Shown one piece after another: positions 45,295 to 54,527 of a stretch of 64,000 bases of DNA (position 1 is the stretch's first letter; each line of letters opens with the position of its first letter). The notes under the pieces are model-generated. The model saw only the letters and a program-made list of their open reading frames with translations. It made no database searches and was not told the origin of the DNA. The stretch is from an uncultured Gammaproteobacteria bacterium (GTDB lineage: Bacteria; Pseudomonadota; Gammaproteobacteria; Arenicellales; JAANXG01): positions 75,073 to 139,072 of the forward strand of contig CAMYNL010000013.1 in NCBI GenBank assembly GCA_947259705.1, written 5' to 3'. A program made the translations under genes and the position numbers.

Positions 45295-46497
45295 GTGACG
45301 AACCAGCCCTCTTCGCGCGCCACGGTTGTGTTCTCCTGCCTGGGACACCTGCTGATCCACCTGTGCACCGCGTTTTACTTCGTCATCGTGCTGGCGCTGG
45401 AGAAGGACTGGAGCCTCCCGTACCACGAACTGATCGGTCTGTGGACCCTGGGCGCCCTGATGGTGGGCGCCGCCGCCCTGCCCGCCGGCATGCTCAGCGA
45501 CCGCGTCGGCGCGCCGGTGATGATGGTGATGTTCTTCATCGGCATGGGGGTGTGCTCGGTGGGGGCTGGCCTGTCCGAGGGCAAGGTCGATCTATTGCTG
45601 TGGCTGACCGGCATCGGCATTTTCGCGGCCATCTATCATCCGGTGGGCATACCCTGGCTGGTGCGCAACGCGGGTGATGCCAAGGGCAAGGCCCTGGGTT
45701 TCAACGGCATCTTCGGTTCGCTGGGGGCGGCATCGGCGGGCATCACCGCCGGCCTGTTTATCGACCTGGTCAACTGGCGGGCGGCTTTCGTGGTGCCCGG
45801 GTTGATCTGTGTCGTGACTGGCATTGCGTTGTGGCTCTTCGTGCTGCGTGGCCGGGTGACGGACGCCCCGGCCAGCACCGAGGTCCGCAAGACCAGCGGC
45901 CGGGAGATGGCACGGGTGTTTGGCATCCTGCTGGTCACGATGTTCATGGCCGGCATGATCTTCAACAGCACCCAGACCGCGCTGCCGAAGGTGTTCGCGG
46001 TGCGCATCGACGGCTTCATCGGCGACGGGGCGCTGGGGGTGGGTCTGCTGGTGGCGCTGGTCTATGGCGCGGCTGGCGTCATGCAGGTGATCGGGGGTCA
46101 CATGGCCGACCGTTTCCCCGCCAAGTACGTCTACATTGCCGCGATCTGCCTGCAGGTGCCGCTGCTGTTCCTCGCCGCCGGCGCCGGGGGCTTTGCACTG
46201 GTGGTGGTGGCGACGCTGATGGTAGTAGCCAACGTGGGCGCGCTGCCGGCCGAGAACATGCTGCTCGCGCGTTACGCGCCGCCGCACAGACATGGGCTGG
46301 TGTTCGGGCTGAAGTTCGTCCTCGCCTTCGGCGCCGGGCCGCTGGCGGTACAGCTGGTGTCCCTGATACAGGGCAGGACCGGAGAGTTCTACTGGCTGTT
46401 CGTGGCGCTGTCGCTGTTTGCGGCGAGCGCGTTGGCGGCGGCGTTGCTGCTGCCCGCGGACCGGATGGAGGCGGTGGTATCGAAAGTCAGCGCCTGA
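45295..46497 (+). CDS. MFS transporter
   Basis: 12 TM segments and MFS loop motif (GMLSDRVGAP). Start is uncertain (ORF opens at 45217). Confidence 0.8.
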   Translation: MTNQPSSRATVVFSCLGHLLIHLCTAFYFVIVLALEKDWSLPYHELIGLWTLGALMVGAAALPAGMLSDRVGAPVMMVMFFIGMGVCSVGAGLSEGKVDLLLWLTGIGIFAAIYHPVGIPWLVRNAGDAKGKALGFNGIFGSLGAASAGITAGLFIDLVNWRAAFVVPGLICVVTGIALWLFVLRGRVTDAPASTEVRKTSGREMARVFGILLVTMFMAGMIFNSTQTALPKVFAVRIDGFIGDGALGVGLLVALVYGAAGVMQVIGGHMADRFPAKYVYIAAICLQVPLLFLAAGAGGFALVVVATLMVVANVGALPAENMLLARYAPPHRHGLVFGLKFVLAFGAGPLAVQLVSLIQGRTGEFYWLFVALSLFAASALAAALLLPADRMEAVVSKVSA

Positions 46498-46595
46498 GGG
46501 CGTTCTCCTGTCGGTGCACAAAGTTTCAGGGGATCCGCGCATCGGTTACAGTAGCACGATGACGAAAACGGGAGCCGAGGCCCACCGGCGGATGC

Positions 46596-48197
46596 GTGGG
46601 CCCGGCGCCGGCGATGCTTAGTCCGTCGGCAAGGTGTTTCAAATGTTCCGGCGACACTGACAGCAGCCGCCTGCGATCCCGGCTGGCGGGACATTTCGAT
46701 ATGGTCAGCGAGGGTGGGGGAGCGCTGCGTTTGACTTTCTACGATAGCTTCGACTGGCGGCTGCACCGCGCCGGTCTCAGCCTCCGTCTGGAGCAGCCGT
46801 CGCGGCGTCCGGCCAAACTCTGCTGTGCCCGGCAGGGGACCGGCGAGGAAGACTGCCAAGACGTGGCTGCTGTGCCCAGGTTCGCTGACGACCTGCCGGC
46901 AGGACGGCTGCGGACGCGGCTGCAGCAGGTAGGCGGGATCCGCGCCCTGTTGCCGCTGGTGACGTTGCGCGGGTGGCGCTATCGGTACGCGGTGCGCAAC
47001 GAGGACGGCAAGATGGTCGCACGTTGTTATCTCGAGCAGTGGCGGCCGGCCAGTCGGCGCTACGCCGGGTCAGCCCCGGTGGGTCTGGTGCGGCTGGAGC
47101 CGCTGCGCGGATACGAGGTGGATACCGCGGCGGTCGCTGAGCTGCTGCGCGGGGAGGAGCTGGAACGGACCGGTATCGACCTGTTGCAGACGGCCCTGGA
47201 GCTGGTCGGCCGCGTGGCGGACGATTATTCTTCCAAGTTGGACGTCAAGCTGCAACCGGAAGAGGATGCGGTGGTGGCGGTGAGGCGCTTGCTGCGCAGC
47301 CAGGTCGATGTCATGCGCGCCAATGAGGCAGGCATACGGCATGACCTGGATTCGGAATTCCTGCACGACTTTCGGGTCGCGGTGCGTCGCACCCGCTCAG
47401 CGCTGTCTCAGATCAAGGGTATCTTTGCCGAACCGGCGCTGGCCCCGTTCCGCGACGGATTTGCCTGGCTGGGGGCGGTCACCGGGCCCAAACGCGACCT
47501 GGATGTGCACCTGCTGCAGTTTCCCGAGCAGCAACGGCTGCTGGCGCCAGGGCAGTCTGCCGACCTGCTTCCGCTGCGGCTGCTGCTCGAGCAACAGCAG
47601 GCGGCTGCGGGGGCAGAGGTGGTCGCGGCCCTGAAGAGCGCGCGCTATCGCCGGCTGATGCGGTACTGGCAGACCTTTCTTGACCAGGGCGGAACCGAGT
47701 TCGATGGGGCGAATGCGAGGCAGCCGGCGGCGGGGGTGGCGAACAGTCGCATCTGGCGCGTGTACCGGCGGGTACGCCGCGAGGGTCGCGCCATCAGCGC
47801 TGACTCACCGCCGGCGGACCTGCACGAACTTCGCAAGAGCTGCAAGAAACTGCGCTACTTGATGGAGTTTTTTCAGAGCCTGTATCCGCGCAACAAGATG
47901 CGACGCGCCATCTCCCACCTCAAGGACCTGCAGGAGAACCTGGGTCAATATCAGGACCAGACGGTACAGCTGGCAAACCTGCGCAGGCACAGCGAGGAAC
48001 TGGCGGCGCGAGGGGGCGAAATTCCGGTGCCGACGCTGCTGGCGATTGGCGCCCTGATGGACCGGATCGCCGGGGCACATCAGCAAACCCGCGCCGGCTT
48101 TGCGCGCCGTTTTGCTGCCTTCTATACGCCGGCCAATCATCGTCTGTTCAGGGAGTTGTTCCACACCAGGGGGCCATCGATGGCAGACCAGCCGTGA
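46596..48197 (+). CDS. CHAD domain protein with degenerate CYTH-like N-terminal domain
   Basis: Central-to-C-terminal CHAD helices (FLHDFRVAVRRTRSALS, LHELRKSCKKLRYLMEFF, LQENLGQYQD). The N-terminal ~200 aa is a beta-rich CYTH-like region (LRLTFYDSFDWRLHRAGLSLRLE) in which I see no ExExK motif. Start is uncertain. Confidence 0.8.
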   Translation: MGPAPAMLSPSARCFKCSGDTDSSRLRSRLAGHFDMVSEGGGALRLTFYDSFDWRLHRAGLSLRLEQPSRRPAKLCCARQGTGEEDCQDVAAVPRFADDLPAGRLRTRLQQVGGIRALLPLVTLRGWRYRYAVRNEDGKMVARCYLEQWRPASRRYAGSAPVGLVRLEPLRGYEVDTAAVAELLRGEELERTGIDLLQTALELVGRVADDYSSKLDVKLQPEEDAVVAVRRLLRSQVDVMRANEAGIRHDLDSEFLHDFRVAVRRTRSALSQIKGIFAEPALAPFRDGFAWLGAVTGPKRDLDVHLLQFPEQQRLLAPGQSADLLPLRLLLEQQQAAAGAEVVAALKSARYRRLMRYWQTFLDQGGTEFDGANARQPAAGVANSRIWRVYRRVRREGRAISADSPPADLHELRKSCKKLRYLMEFFQSLYPRNKMRRAISHLKDLQENLGQYQDQTVQLANLRRHSEELAARGGEIPVPTLLAIGALMDRIAGAHQQTRAGFARRFAAFYTPANHRLFRELFHTRGPSMADQP

Positions 48198-48961
48198 AAA
48201 CCATCGCCATCTACAGTATCAAGGGCGGCGTCGGGAAGACCGCGGCGGCGGTCAACCTGGCCTATCTTTGCGCCCAGGACGGCGCCCGCACCCTGCTCTG
48301 GGACCTGGACCCTCAGGGCGCCGCGTCGTTCTACTACCGGGTGAAGGCGAAGGTCAAGGGGGGCGCCCGGGGGCTGCTGCAACGCAACGGAGAACTGCCT
48401 GGTCGTATCAAGGCCACCGACTTTCCCAACCTCGACTTGCTACCCGCCGATCTTTCCTATCGCCACATGGACCTGTTGCTCGATGAATCGAAAAAGAGAA
48501 AACGCGCATTCGGCCGCTTACTGGAACCCCTTACCGACGACTACGACTACATCTTCATGGATTGTGCGCCGAGCGTGACCCTGGTGTCGGAGAATGTCTT
48601 TCGTGCCGCCGACCTGATCATCAGCCCGGTGATACCGACAACGCTGTCGGTGCGGACATTGAACCAGTTGTCCGCTTTTATGGAACATCCCAAGCTCCGC
48701 GATGTGCGGGTAATGAGCTTTTTCTCCATGGTGGACGGGCGCAGAAAACTGCACCGCGAGATCATGGAGAATCTGTCGCAGCGCCGCAAAGGCATCCTGC
48801 GGAGCTATATTCCGTATTCCAGCGACGTTGAGCGGATGGGGATACGGCGTGCGCCACTGCCCGAATTCGCCGGCCGCAGCGCGGGCGGGCATGCCTTCAG
48901 GCTGCTGTGGCGGGAAATCAAGGCCCGGATAGAAGACGGTGGCGACGGAAATAGAGCGTAA
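48194..48961 (+). CDS. ParA/MinD-family P-loop ATPase
   Basis: Deviant Walker A IYSIKGGVGKTAAAVNLA, LLWDLDPQGAAS and Walker B IFMDCAPS. Its GTG overlaps the CHAD gene stop (GTGA). Confidence 0.9.
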   Translation: MKTIAIYSIKGGVGKTAAAVNLAYLCAQDGARTLLWDLDPQGAASFYYRVKAKVKGGARGLLQRNGELPGRIKATDFPNLDLLPADLSYRHMDLLLDESKKRKRAFGRLLEPLTDDYDYIFMDCAPSVTLVSENVFRAADLIISPVIPTTLSVRTLNQLSAFMEHPKLRDVRVMSFFSMVDGRRKLHREIMENLSQRRKGILRSYIPYSSDVERMGIRRAPLPEFAGRSAGGHAFRLLWREIKARIEDGGDGNRA

Positions 48962-49409
48962 ATTCCTCGTCGTGGGCGAGCACTGGAGAGACCAGGCGTC
49001 GCGCAGTGAGCGCTACCGCCAGGGATATCTTGCGGTCAACGAGCACTGCGGGGTGCGGGTGCGCATGGCGGGGAAATCGGCGACCTTGAACGTCAAGAGC
49101 GCGGGCCTGGATATCTGTCGGCAGGAATTCGAATATGCAATACCGCCCGGGGACGCACGGGCCATGCTAGACCAACTGTGTGGTGGCATGGAGCTCAGCA
49201 AGACGCGGTACATCATCAGGCATGCAGGGCATACCTGGGAGGTGGACGAATTCGACGGCGCCAATGCAGGACTGGTGCTCGCGGAGATCGAATTGCGGAC
49301 CGCGGATGAACAGTTCGCGCGGCCGGATTGGCTGGGGGAAGAGGTGTCGGGTGACGCACGTTACCTGAATTCCAACCTGGTTCGGAACCCATACCGTCAA
49401 TGGCGGTGA
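48939..49409 (+). CDS. Stand-alone CYTH (triphosphate tunnel metalloenzyme) protein
   Basis: N-terminal EIERKFLV is the catalytic ExExK motif, within a ~155 aa CYTH fold. Its GTG start overlaps the ParA gene by 23 nt. Confidence 0.85.
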   Translation: MATEIERKFLVVGEHWRDQASRSERYRQGYLAVNEHCGVRVRMAGKSATLNVKSAGLDICRQEFEYAIPPGDARAMLDQLCGGMELSKTRYIIRHAGHTWEVDEFDGANAGLVLAEIELRTADEQFARPDWLGEEVSGDARYLNSNLVRNPYRQWR

Positions 49410-49577
49410 CGCGTGCCACCGATCGGCGAGGGAGTTTTGAATCAGCGTCGAAGGCCTTAAAATATCGCAGCCGGGCGGGGACCGCCGCGGTTATCGTCGA
49501 CTGGACCTTGTTGCAGGGACGACAAACAAGAACTTTCGCGATGAGCGCCGGTGGTGCACGCTGGCGGGAGTAACCTG

Positions 49578-50222
49578 ATGAGCTACGAGAATCTTCGCGG
49601 AGCCCGATTCCTGGGCGCGTACGCATTACCATTGTTGCTGTTGTCGGGCGCGGCCGCGCACGCCACGCCCGGGGGGTTCTACCTCGGCGGCTCGATTGGT
49701 CAGGCCGAACTGTCGGATCTCGGTGAACTCGAAACCGCCTGTGTTGTCGCCGGTGTCCAATGCGTGACCGACGACAGTGATACCGCGTATCGGATCTTCG
49801 CCGGCTACCAGTTCGGGGGTTACTTTGCCCTCGAAGGCGGTTATGTGAATCTCGGTGAACAGCAGACCGGCGTAGATGCGCCCGTACTGGCTGATGCGTC
49901 GCTGGAGACCAATGGCGGTTTTCTGGCCCTGTTGCCGCAGTTCCCCGTCGGACAGCTCGGCGCCGTCTATGGCCGGCTGGGACTCTACGTCGGGGACGCG
50001 ACCCTTACCGCGCGGGTGCCTGCGTTCGGGTTCGACGAGAGTGACGGTGGCACGGTGGCGGGGGTGTCGTTCGGATTCGGAGGTGCCCTTAACTTCGGCC
50101 GTGTCTCCGTCCGTGTCGAGTGGGAGCGGTTCAGTTTCGACGAGGCATTCACCATCGCCGGGGAGGACATCGATGCGCCGGACCTCGACGTCATAACCGG
50201 GAGCGCTCTGGTGCGCTTCTGA
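49578..50222 (+). CDS. Outer-membrane beta-barrel (OmpA-N / porin-like) protein
   Basis: Signal peptide ending AAHA, alternating beta-strand pattern with YRIFAGYQF and GGYVNLG, and a C-terminal ...ALVRF with terminal Phe. Confidence 0.75.
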   Translation: MSYENLRGARFLGAYALPLLLLSGAAAHATPGGFYLGGSIGQAELSDLGELETACVVAGVQCVTDDSDTAYRIFAGYQFGGYFALEGGYVNLGEQQTGVDAPVLADASLETNGGFLALLPQFPVGQLGAVYGRLGLYVGDATLTARVPAFGFDESDGGTVAGVSFGFGGALNFGRVSVRVEWERFSFDEAFTIAGEDIDAPDLDVITGSALVRF

Positions 50223-50429
50223 CCCCGCTGCCGGTCGCCCGGCACGCTGGCTGGTCCGGCCGCATGGCAGTGCCCGCTGCCCCGACGCGCGGGAGGTGCG
50301 AGTGTGCCGTGGCGGTGGGGTATCGCCCGGGCATACGTGGGCCGCGCAATGCCGCTACAATAGCGCTTCCGAGCGGCCCACACGCCGCGTCCACCATGTT
50401 CAAAACCGTATACGTACTGGCAGGTTCCG

Positions 50430-53400
50430 TTGGCCATTCATGTCGCTATCCATCACCAGACCGAGTACCGGTATGACCGGCTGATAAAACTGTCGCCGCA
50501 GGTGATGCGCCTGCGTCCGGCGCCCCACAGTCGCACCCCGATTATTTCCTACTCTCTGAAGGTGGAACCCGCGGACCACTTCGTGAACTGGCAGCAGGAC
50601 CCGTTCGGTAACTTCGTCGCCCGCTTCGTGTTCCCCGAACGCACCCGGGCCCTGCGCATAGACGTGGACCTGGTGGCCGACATGACGGTCATCAATCCTT
50701 TTGATTTCTTCATCGAGGAATACGCCGAGACGATGCCTTTCCGGTACGAGGCGCAGCTCGCGCGCGAGCTGGCGCCGTACCTGGAGATCCGCGAGCGCGG
50801 TCCGCTGCTGCAGCAGTGGCTGGGCGCCACGGACCGCAGCGAGCAGCACGTAGTGGATTTTCTGGTCGCACTCAATCAGAGACTGCAGGGAGACATCGGC
50901 TATCTGATCCGCATGGAACCCGGCGTACAGAGCTGCGAGCACACGCTCGAGTCCAGTTCCGGATCTTGTCGTGATTCGGCCTGGCTGCTGGTGCAGATAC
51001 TTCGCCACCTGGGTCTGGCTGCCCGCTTCGTCTCCGGTTATCTGGTTCAGTTGACCGCTGACGTCAAGGCGCTTGACGGGCCCTCGGGACCGGAACAGGA
51101 CTTCACGGACCTACACGCCTGGGCGGAGGTCTACGTGCCGGGCGCCGGCTGGCTGGGACTGGATCCGACCTCCGGTCTGTTCGCCGGCGAGGGCCACATC
51201 CCGCTTGCCTGTACGCCGGATCCATCCGGTGCCGCGCCCATCACCGGGGCCGGCGATCCCTGCGAGGTGGAGTTCTACTTTCACAACCGCGTCACCCGGA
51301 TACACGAAGACCCGCGGGTCACCAAGCCTTACCGGGAGGAGCAGTGGCGGGCGATCGACGAGCGGGGCGCCGCGGTGGATGCAGATCTGCAGCAGGCAGA
51401 CGTGCGCCTGACCATGGGTGGTGAGCCGACCTTCGTTTCCATCGATGACATGGAGGGTGCCGAGTGGAACACCGCCGCCCTCGGTGACGACAAACGACAC
51501 CTGGCAGGGAAGCTCTTCGACCGGTTGTGCGCGTGTTTCGCACCGGGCGGACTGCCACAGTTCGGGCAGGGCAAATGGTATCCGGGGGAACCGCTGCCGC
51601 GCTGGGCCATGTCGTGCTACTGGCGGGAGGACGGCGTTCCACTGTGGAACGACCCGCGCTGGCTGGGCCGCCCGGCCGCAGCCGGTGTTGGCAGTGGAAT
51701 CGATGAAGCCGAGCGAATGCTGCGCGCCATTGCCGCGCAGCTTGACCTCAGCGAACGCTTTGTGATCCCGGCCTACGAAGACCCGGCTCATCAGCTATGG
51801 AACGAGGGCAACTTGCCGGTCAATCTCGATCCCACCAGGGCAGGTCTCACGGATTCCCTGGAACGGCGCCGGCTGGCACGGCTGCTGGAACAGGGGTTGG
51901 ACCGGCCGGCAGGCCTGGTACTGCCGCTCAAGTATCGCGATCGATGGATGAGCAGCCGCTGGCCGCTGCGCCGCGAGCATTTGTACCTCATCCCCGGCGA
52001 TTCGCCGCTGGGCCTGCGCCTGCCGCTGGACAGTCTGCCGTGGCTGGCGCCGGCGGCGCGCGAGCTGGTGCCGGAGACCGACACCTTCGCGGTGCGCGAC
52101 CCGCTGCCGGTACCCCACGCCGATGCGGCGCCACATCGGCCGGCGCAAGAGCCTGCGCATGAACCGCCGCCGCCGGCCGAGGTGGTGCACACCGCGGTCT
52201 GCGTGGAGCCCCGCGGCGGCTGTCTGTACGTGTTCCTGCCGCCGTTGCAGGAGCTGGAGGAATTCGTAGCCCTGGTGGGTGCCGTCGAAGCCGCGGCCAG
52301 GGAGCAGCAGTTGGCGGTGGTGCTGGAAGGCTACCCGCCGCCCGCCGATACGCGCTTGAAAAGGTTTTCCATCACCCCTGATCCGGGGGTAATCGAGGTC
52401 AACGTGCAACCGGCGGCAAGCTGGCGCGAACTGGTGGAGAACACGCGGGTGCTCTATCGGGAGGCGCGCGAGAGCAGGCTGGGCACCGAGAAGTTCATGC
52501 TGGACGGCCGCCACACCGGCACCGGCGGCGGCAACCACGTGACGCTGGGCGGGCCGACCGCCGCGGACAGCCCCCTGCTCAGGCGGCCCCACCTGCTGCG
52601 TTCACTGGTTACCTACTGGCAGCACCATCCGGCGCTGTCCTACCTGTTCTCCGGGGCCTTCATCGGCCCCACCAGCCAGGCACCCCGGGTCGACGAGGCC
52701 CGCGACGACAACCTCTATGAACTGGAAATCGCCTTTCAGCAGCTGCCGGCCGGGGACTGCGATCACCCCTGGCTGGTTGACCGGGTGCTGCGCAATCTGC
52801 TGGTGGACCTGAGTGGAAACACCCATCGTACCGAGTTCTGCATCGACAAGCTCTATTCGCCCGACGGTCCGTCGGGGCGCCTGGGGCTGCTGGAGTTCCG
52901 TGCCTTTGAGATGCCGCCGCATTGGCAGATGAGCGCAGTGCAGATGCTGCTGCTGCGGGCACTGGTGGCGCTATTCTGGGGCTCACCGTATCACCATGAC
53001 CTGATTCGCTGGGGCACGGAACTGCACGATCGCTTCATGCTGCCTCACTACGTTGCGTCAGACCTGCGCGAGGTGGTGGCGGATCTGCAGGGCAAGGGGT
53101 TAGATTTTTCGCACGGCTGGTTCGCGCCGTTTCTGGAATTCCGCTTCCCGGTTTACGGTCGGATCACCGCCATGGATATGGAACTGGAGCTGCGCTATGC
53201 GCTGGAGCCCTGGCACGTGCTGGGCGAGGAGGTGAGCGCGCAGGGCACGTCGCGCTTCGTCGACTCCTCGCTGGAGCGCCTGCAGGTGCGTGTCAACGGC
53301 ATGGTGCCGGATCGCTATGTGGTGGCCTGCAACGGCCGCCGGGTGCCGTTGCGGCCGACCGATCGCGAGGGCGAGTACGTGGCGGGGGTCCGTTACAAGG

Positions 53401-53684
53401 CCTGGCGCCCGTCCTCGGGACTGCATCCCACCATCGACGTGCATGCGCCGCTGGTGTTCGATATCGTGGACGCCCGCAACCAACGGTCCGTGGGTGGCTG
53501 TACCTATCACGTGGCGCATCCGGGCGGGCGCAACTACGAGACCTTCCCGGTCAACGCCAACGAGGCGGAGGCGCGCCGGGTGGCCCGGTTTTGGAACCAT
53601 GGGCACACCCCGGGGCGGATGGCGGTGCCGGAGGACCGGCCGCCCGCTGACCATCCATATACCCTGGACCTGCGGCGTGGTTGA
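50430..53684 (+). CDS. Large transglutaminase-family protein (Bact_transglu_N + transglutaminase core + DUF2126)
   Basis: IHVAIHHQTEYRYDRLIKLSPQVMRLRP N-domain and catalytic Cys region GSCRDSAWLLVQILRHLGLAARFVSGY. A ~750 aa DUF2126-type extension follows. The apparent start is TTG. Confidence 0.9.
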   Translation: MAIHVAIHHQTEYRYDRLIKLSPQVMRLRPAPHSRTPIISYSLKVEPADHFVNWQQDPFGNFVARFVFPERTRALRIDVDLVADMTVINPFDFFIEEYAETMPFRYEAQLARELAPYLEIRERGPLLQQWLGATDRSEQHVVDFLVALNQRLQGDIGYLIRMEPGVQSCEHTLESSSGSCRDSAWLLVQILRHLGLAARFVSGYLVQLTADVKALDGPSGPEQDFTDLHAWAEVYVPGAGWLGLDPTSGLFAGEGHIPLACTPDPSGAAPITGAGDPCEVEFYFHNRVTRIHEDPRVTKPYREEQWRAIDERGAAVDADLQQADVRLTMGGEPTFVSIDDMEGAEWNTAALGDDKRHLAGKLFDRLCACFAPGGLPQFGQGKWYPGEPLPRWAMSCYWREDGVPLWNDPRWLGRPAAAGVGSGIDEAERMLRAIAAQLDLSERFVIPAYEDPAHQLWNEGNLPVNLDPTRAGLTDSLERRRLARLLEQGLDRPAGLVLPLKYRDRWMSSRWPLRREHLYLIPGDSPLGLRLPLDSLPWLAPAARELVPETDTFAVRDPLPVPHADAAPHRPAQEPAHEPPPPAEVVHTAVCVEPRGGCLYVFLPPLQELEEFVALVGAVEAAAREQQLAVVLEGYPPPADTRLKRFSITPDPGVIEVNVQPAASWRELVENTRVLYREARESRLGTEKFMLDGRHTGTGGGNHVTLGGPTAADSPLLRRPHLLRSLVTYWQHHPALSYLFSGAFIGPTSQAPRVDEARDDNLYELEIAFQQLPAGDCDHPWLVDRVLRNLLVDLSGNTHRTEFCIDKLYSPDGPSGRLGLLEFRAFEMPPHWQMSAVQMLLLRALVALFWGSPYHHDLIRWGTELHDRFMLPHYVASDLREVVADLQGKGLDFSHGWFAPFLEFRFPVYGRITAMDMELELRYALEPWHVLGEEVSAQGTSRFVDSSLERLQVRVNGMVPDRYVVACNGRRVPLRPTDREGEYVAGVRYKAWRPSSGLHPTIDVHAPLVFDIVDARNQRSVGGCTYHVAHPGGRNYETFPVNANEAEARRVARFWNHGHTPGRMAVPEDRPPADHPYTLDLRRG

Positions 53685-53771
53685 GCCCGAAATACGCGGC
53701 GGCGGGAGTTGTATAGGCGGCCGCGAATGTGTTGTAAACTTATCAGAGTTTGGGGAGTGGAATCTGCCTTT

Positions 53772-54527
53772 ATGACGTACTGCGTCGCTATCACCGTAAA
53801 CCGGGGTCTGGTCTTCGCCTCGGATTCGCGCACCAATGCGGGTGTCGACCAGCTCAGCACCTATAGCAAGATGTTCACCATCTGCGTTCCCGGGCAGCGC
53901 GCGTTCGTGGTACTGACGGCCGGCAACCTGGGTACCACGCAGGCGGTCATCAACCGGGTGAGGGCGGATATCAAGAAGGGCGCGCCGACCAGCCTGCACA
54001 CCGTCGAAAGCATGTCCGAGGCCGCGGAATACGTCGGCGAAATCAGCCTCAACCGGCAGCACAAGACCACCGGTGTCTCCGCGGGCCAGCTGGATTCCAG
54101 CGCCAGTTTCATCCTTGGCGGCCAGATCCGCGACCGCAATCCAAAGGTGATGATGATCTATCCGGAAGGGAACTTCATCGTCGCCACGCGGGAAACCCAG
54201 TACCTGCAGATAGGCGAAGTGAAATACGGCAAGCCCGTCCTCGACCGCATCATCACGCCGGAAACCAGCCTGGAAGAGGCCGCGCTTTGCGCCATGGTCT
54301 CGATGGACTCCACGATGCGCTCAAATGCCACGGTCGGCCCGCCGGTGGAGGTACTGATATACGAGAAAGACAGCTTCCAGCTGGACCAGCATTTCACCTT
54401 CGGTACCGACGATCCTTATCTTTTGGATCTCAAGCTGGCCTGGGATCGCAAAATCAAGGAGGCCTTCTCGGAACTCACACGGTTCAACTGGCAGCGCGCC
54501 GAACGCCGGCGAGCCGAAGGTGAATGA
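53772..54527 (+). CDS. Anbu (ancestral beta-subunit) proteasome-type peptidase
   Basis: MTYCVAITVNRGLVFASDSRTNAGVDQLSTYSKMF: Thr directly after the initiator Met, in an Ntn-hydrolase proteasome beta fold. Confidence 0.9.
   Translation: MTYCVAITVNRGLVFASDSRTNAGVDQLSTYSKMFTICVPGQRAFVVLTAGNLGTTQAVINRVRADIKKGAPTSLHTVESMSEAAEYVGEISLNRQHKTTGVSAGQLDSSASFILGGQIRDRNPKVMMIYPEGNFIVATRETQYLQIGEVKYGKPVLDRIITPETSLEEAALCAMVSMDSTMRSNATVGPPVEVLIYEKDSFQLDQHFTFGTDDPYLLDLKLAWDRKIKEAFSELTRFNWQRAERRRAEGE

Noticed and set aside
43794-46542. Long minus-strand ORFs (43794-44576, 45592-46542) opposite the sugar dehydrogenase and MFS genes
   Set aside because: They are GC-driven antisense open frames without motifs. 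The sense frames carry clear family signatures.
53100-54062. 320-aa minus-strand ORF spanning the transglutaminase end and the Anbu start
   Set aside because: It crosses an intergenic region and two well-supported plus-strand genes, and its translation is low-complexity Arg/His/Pro-rich.
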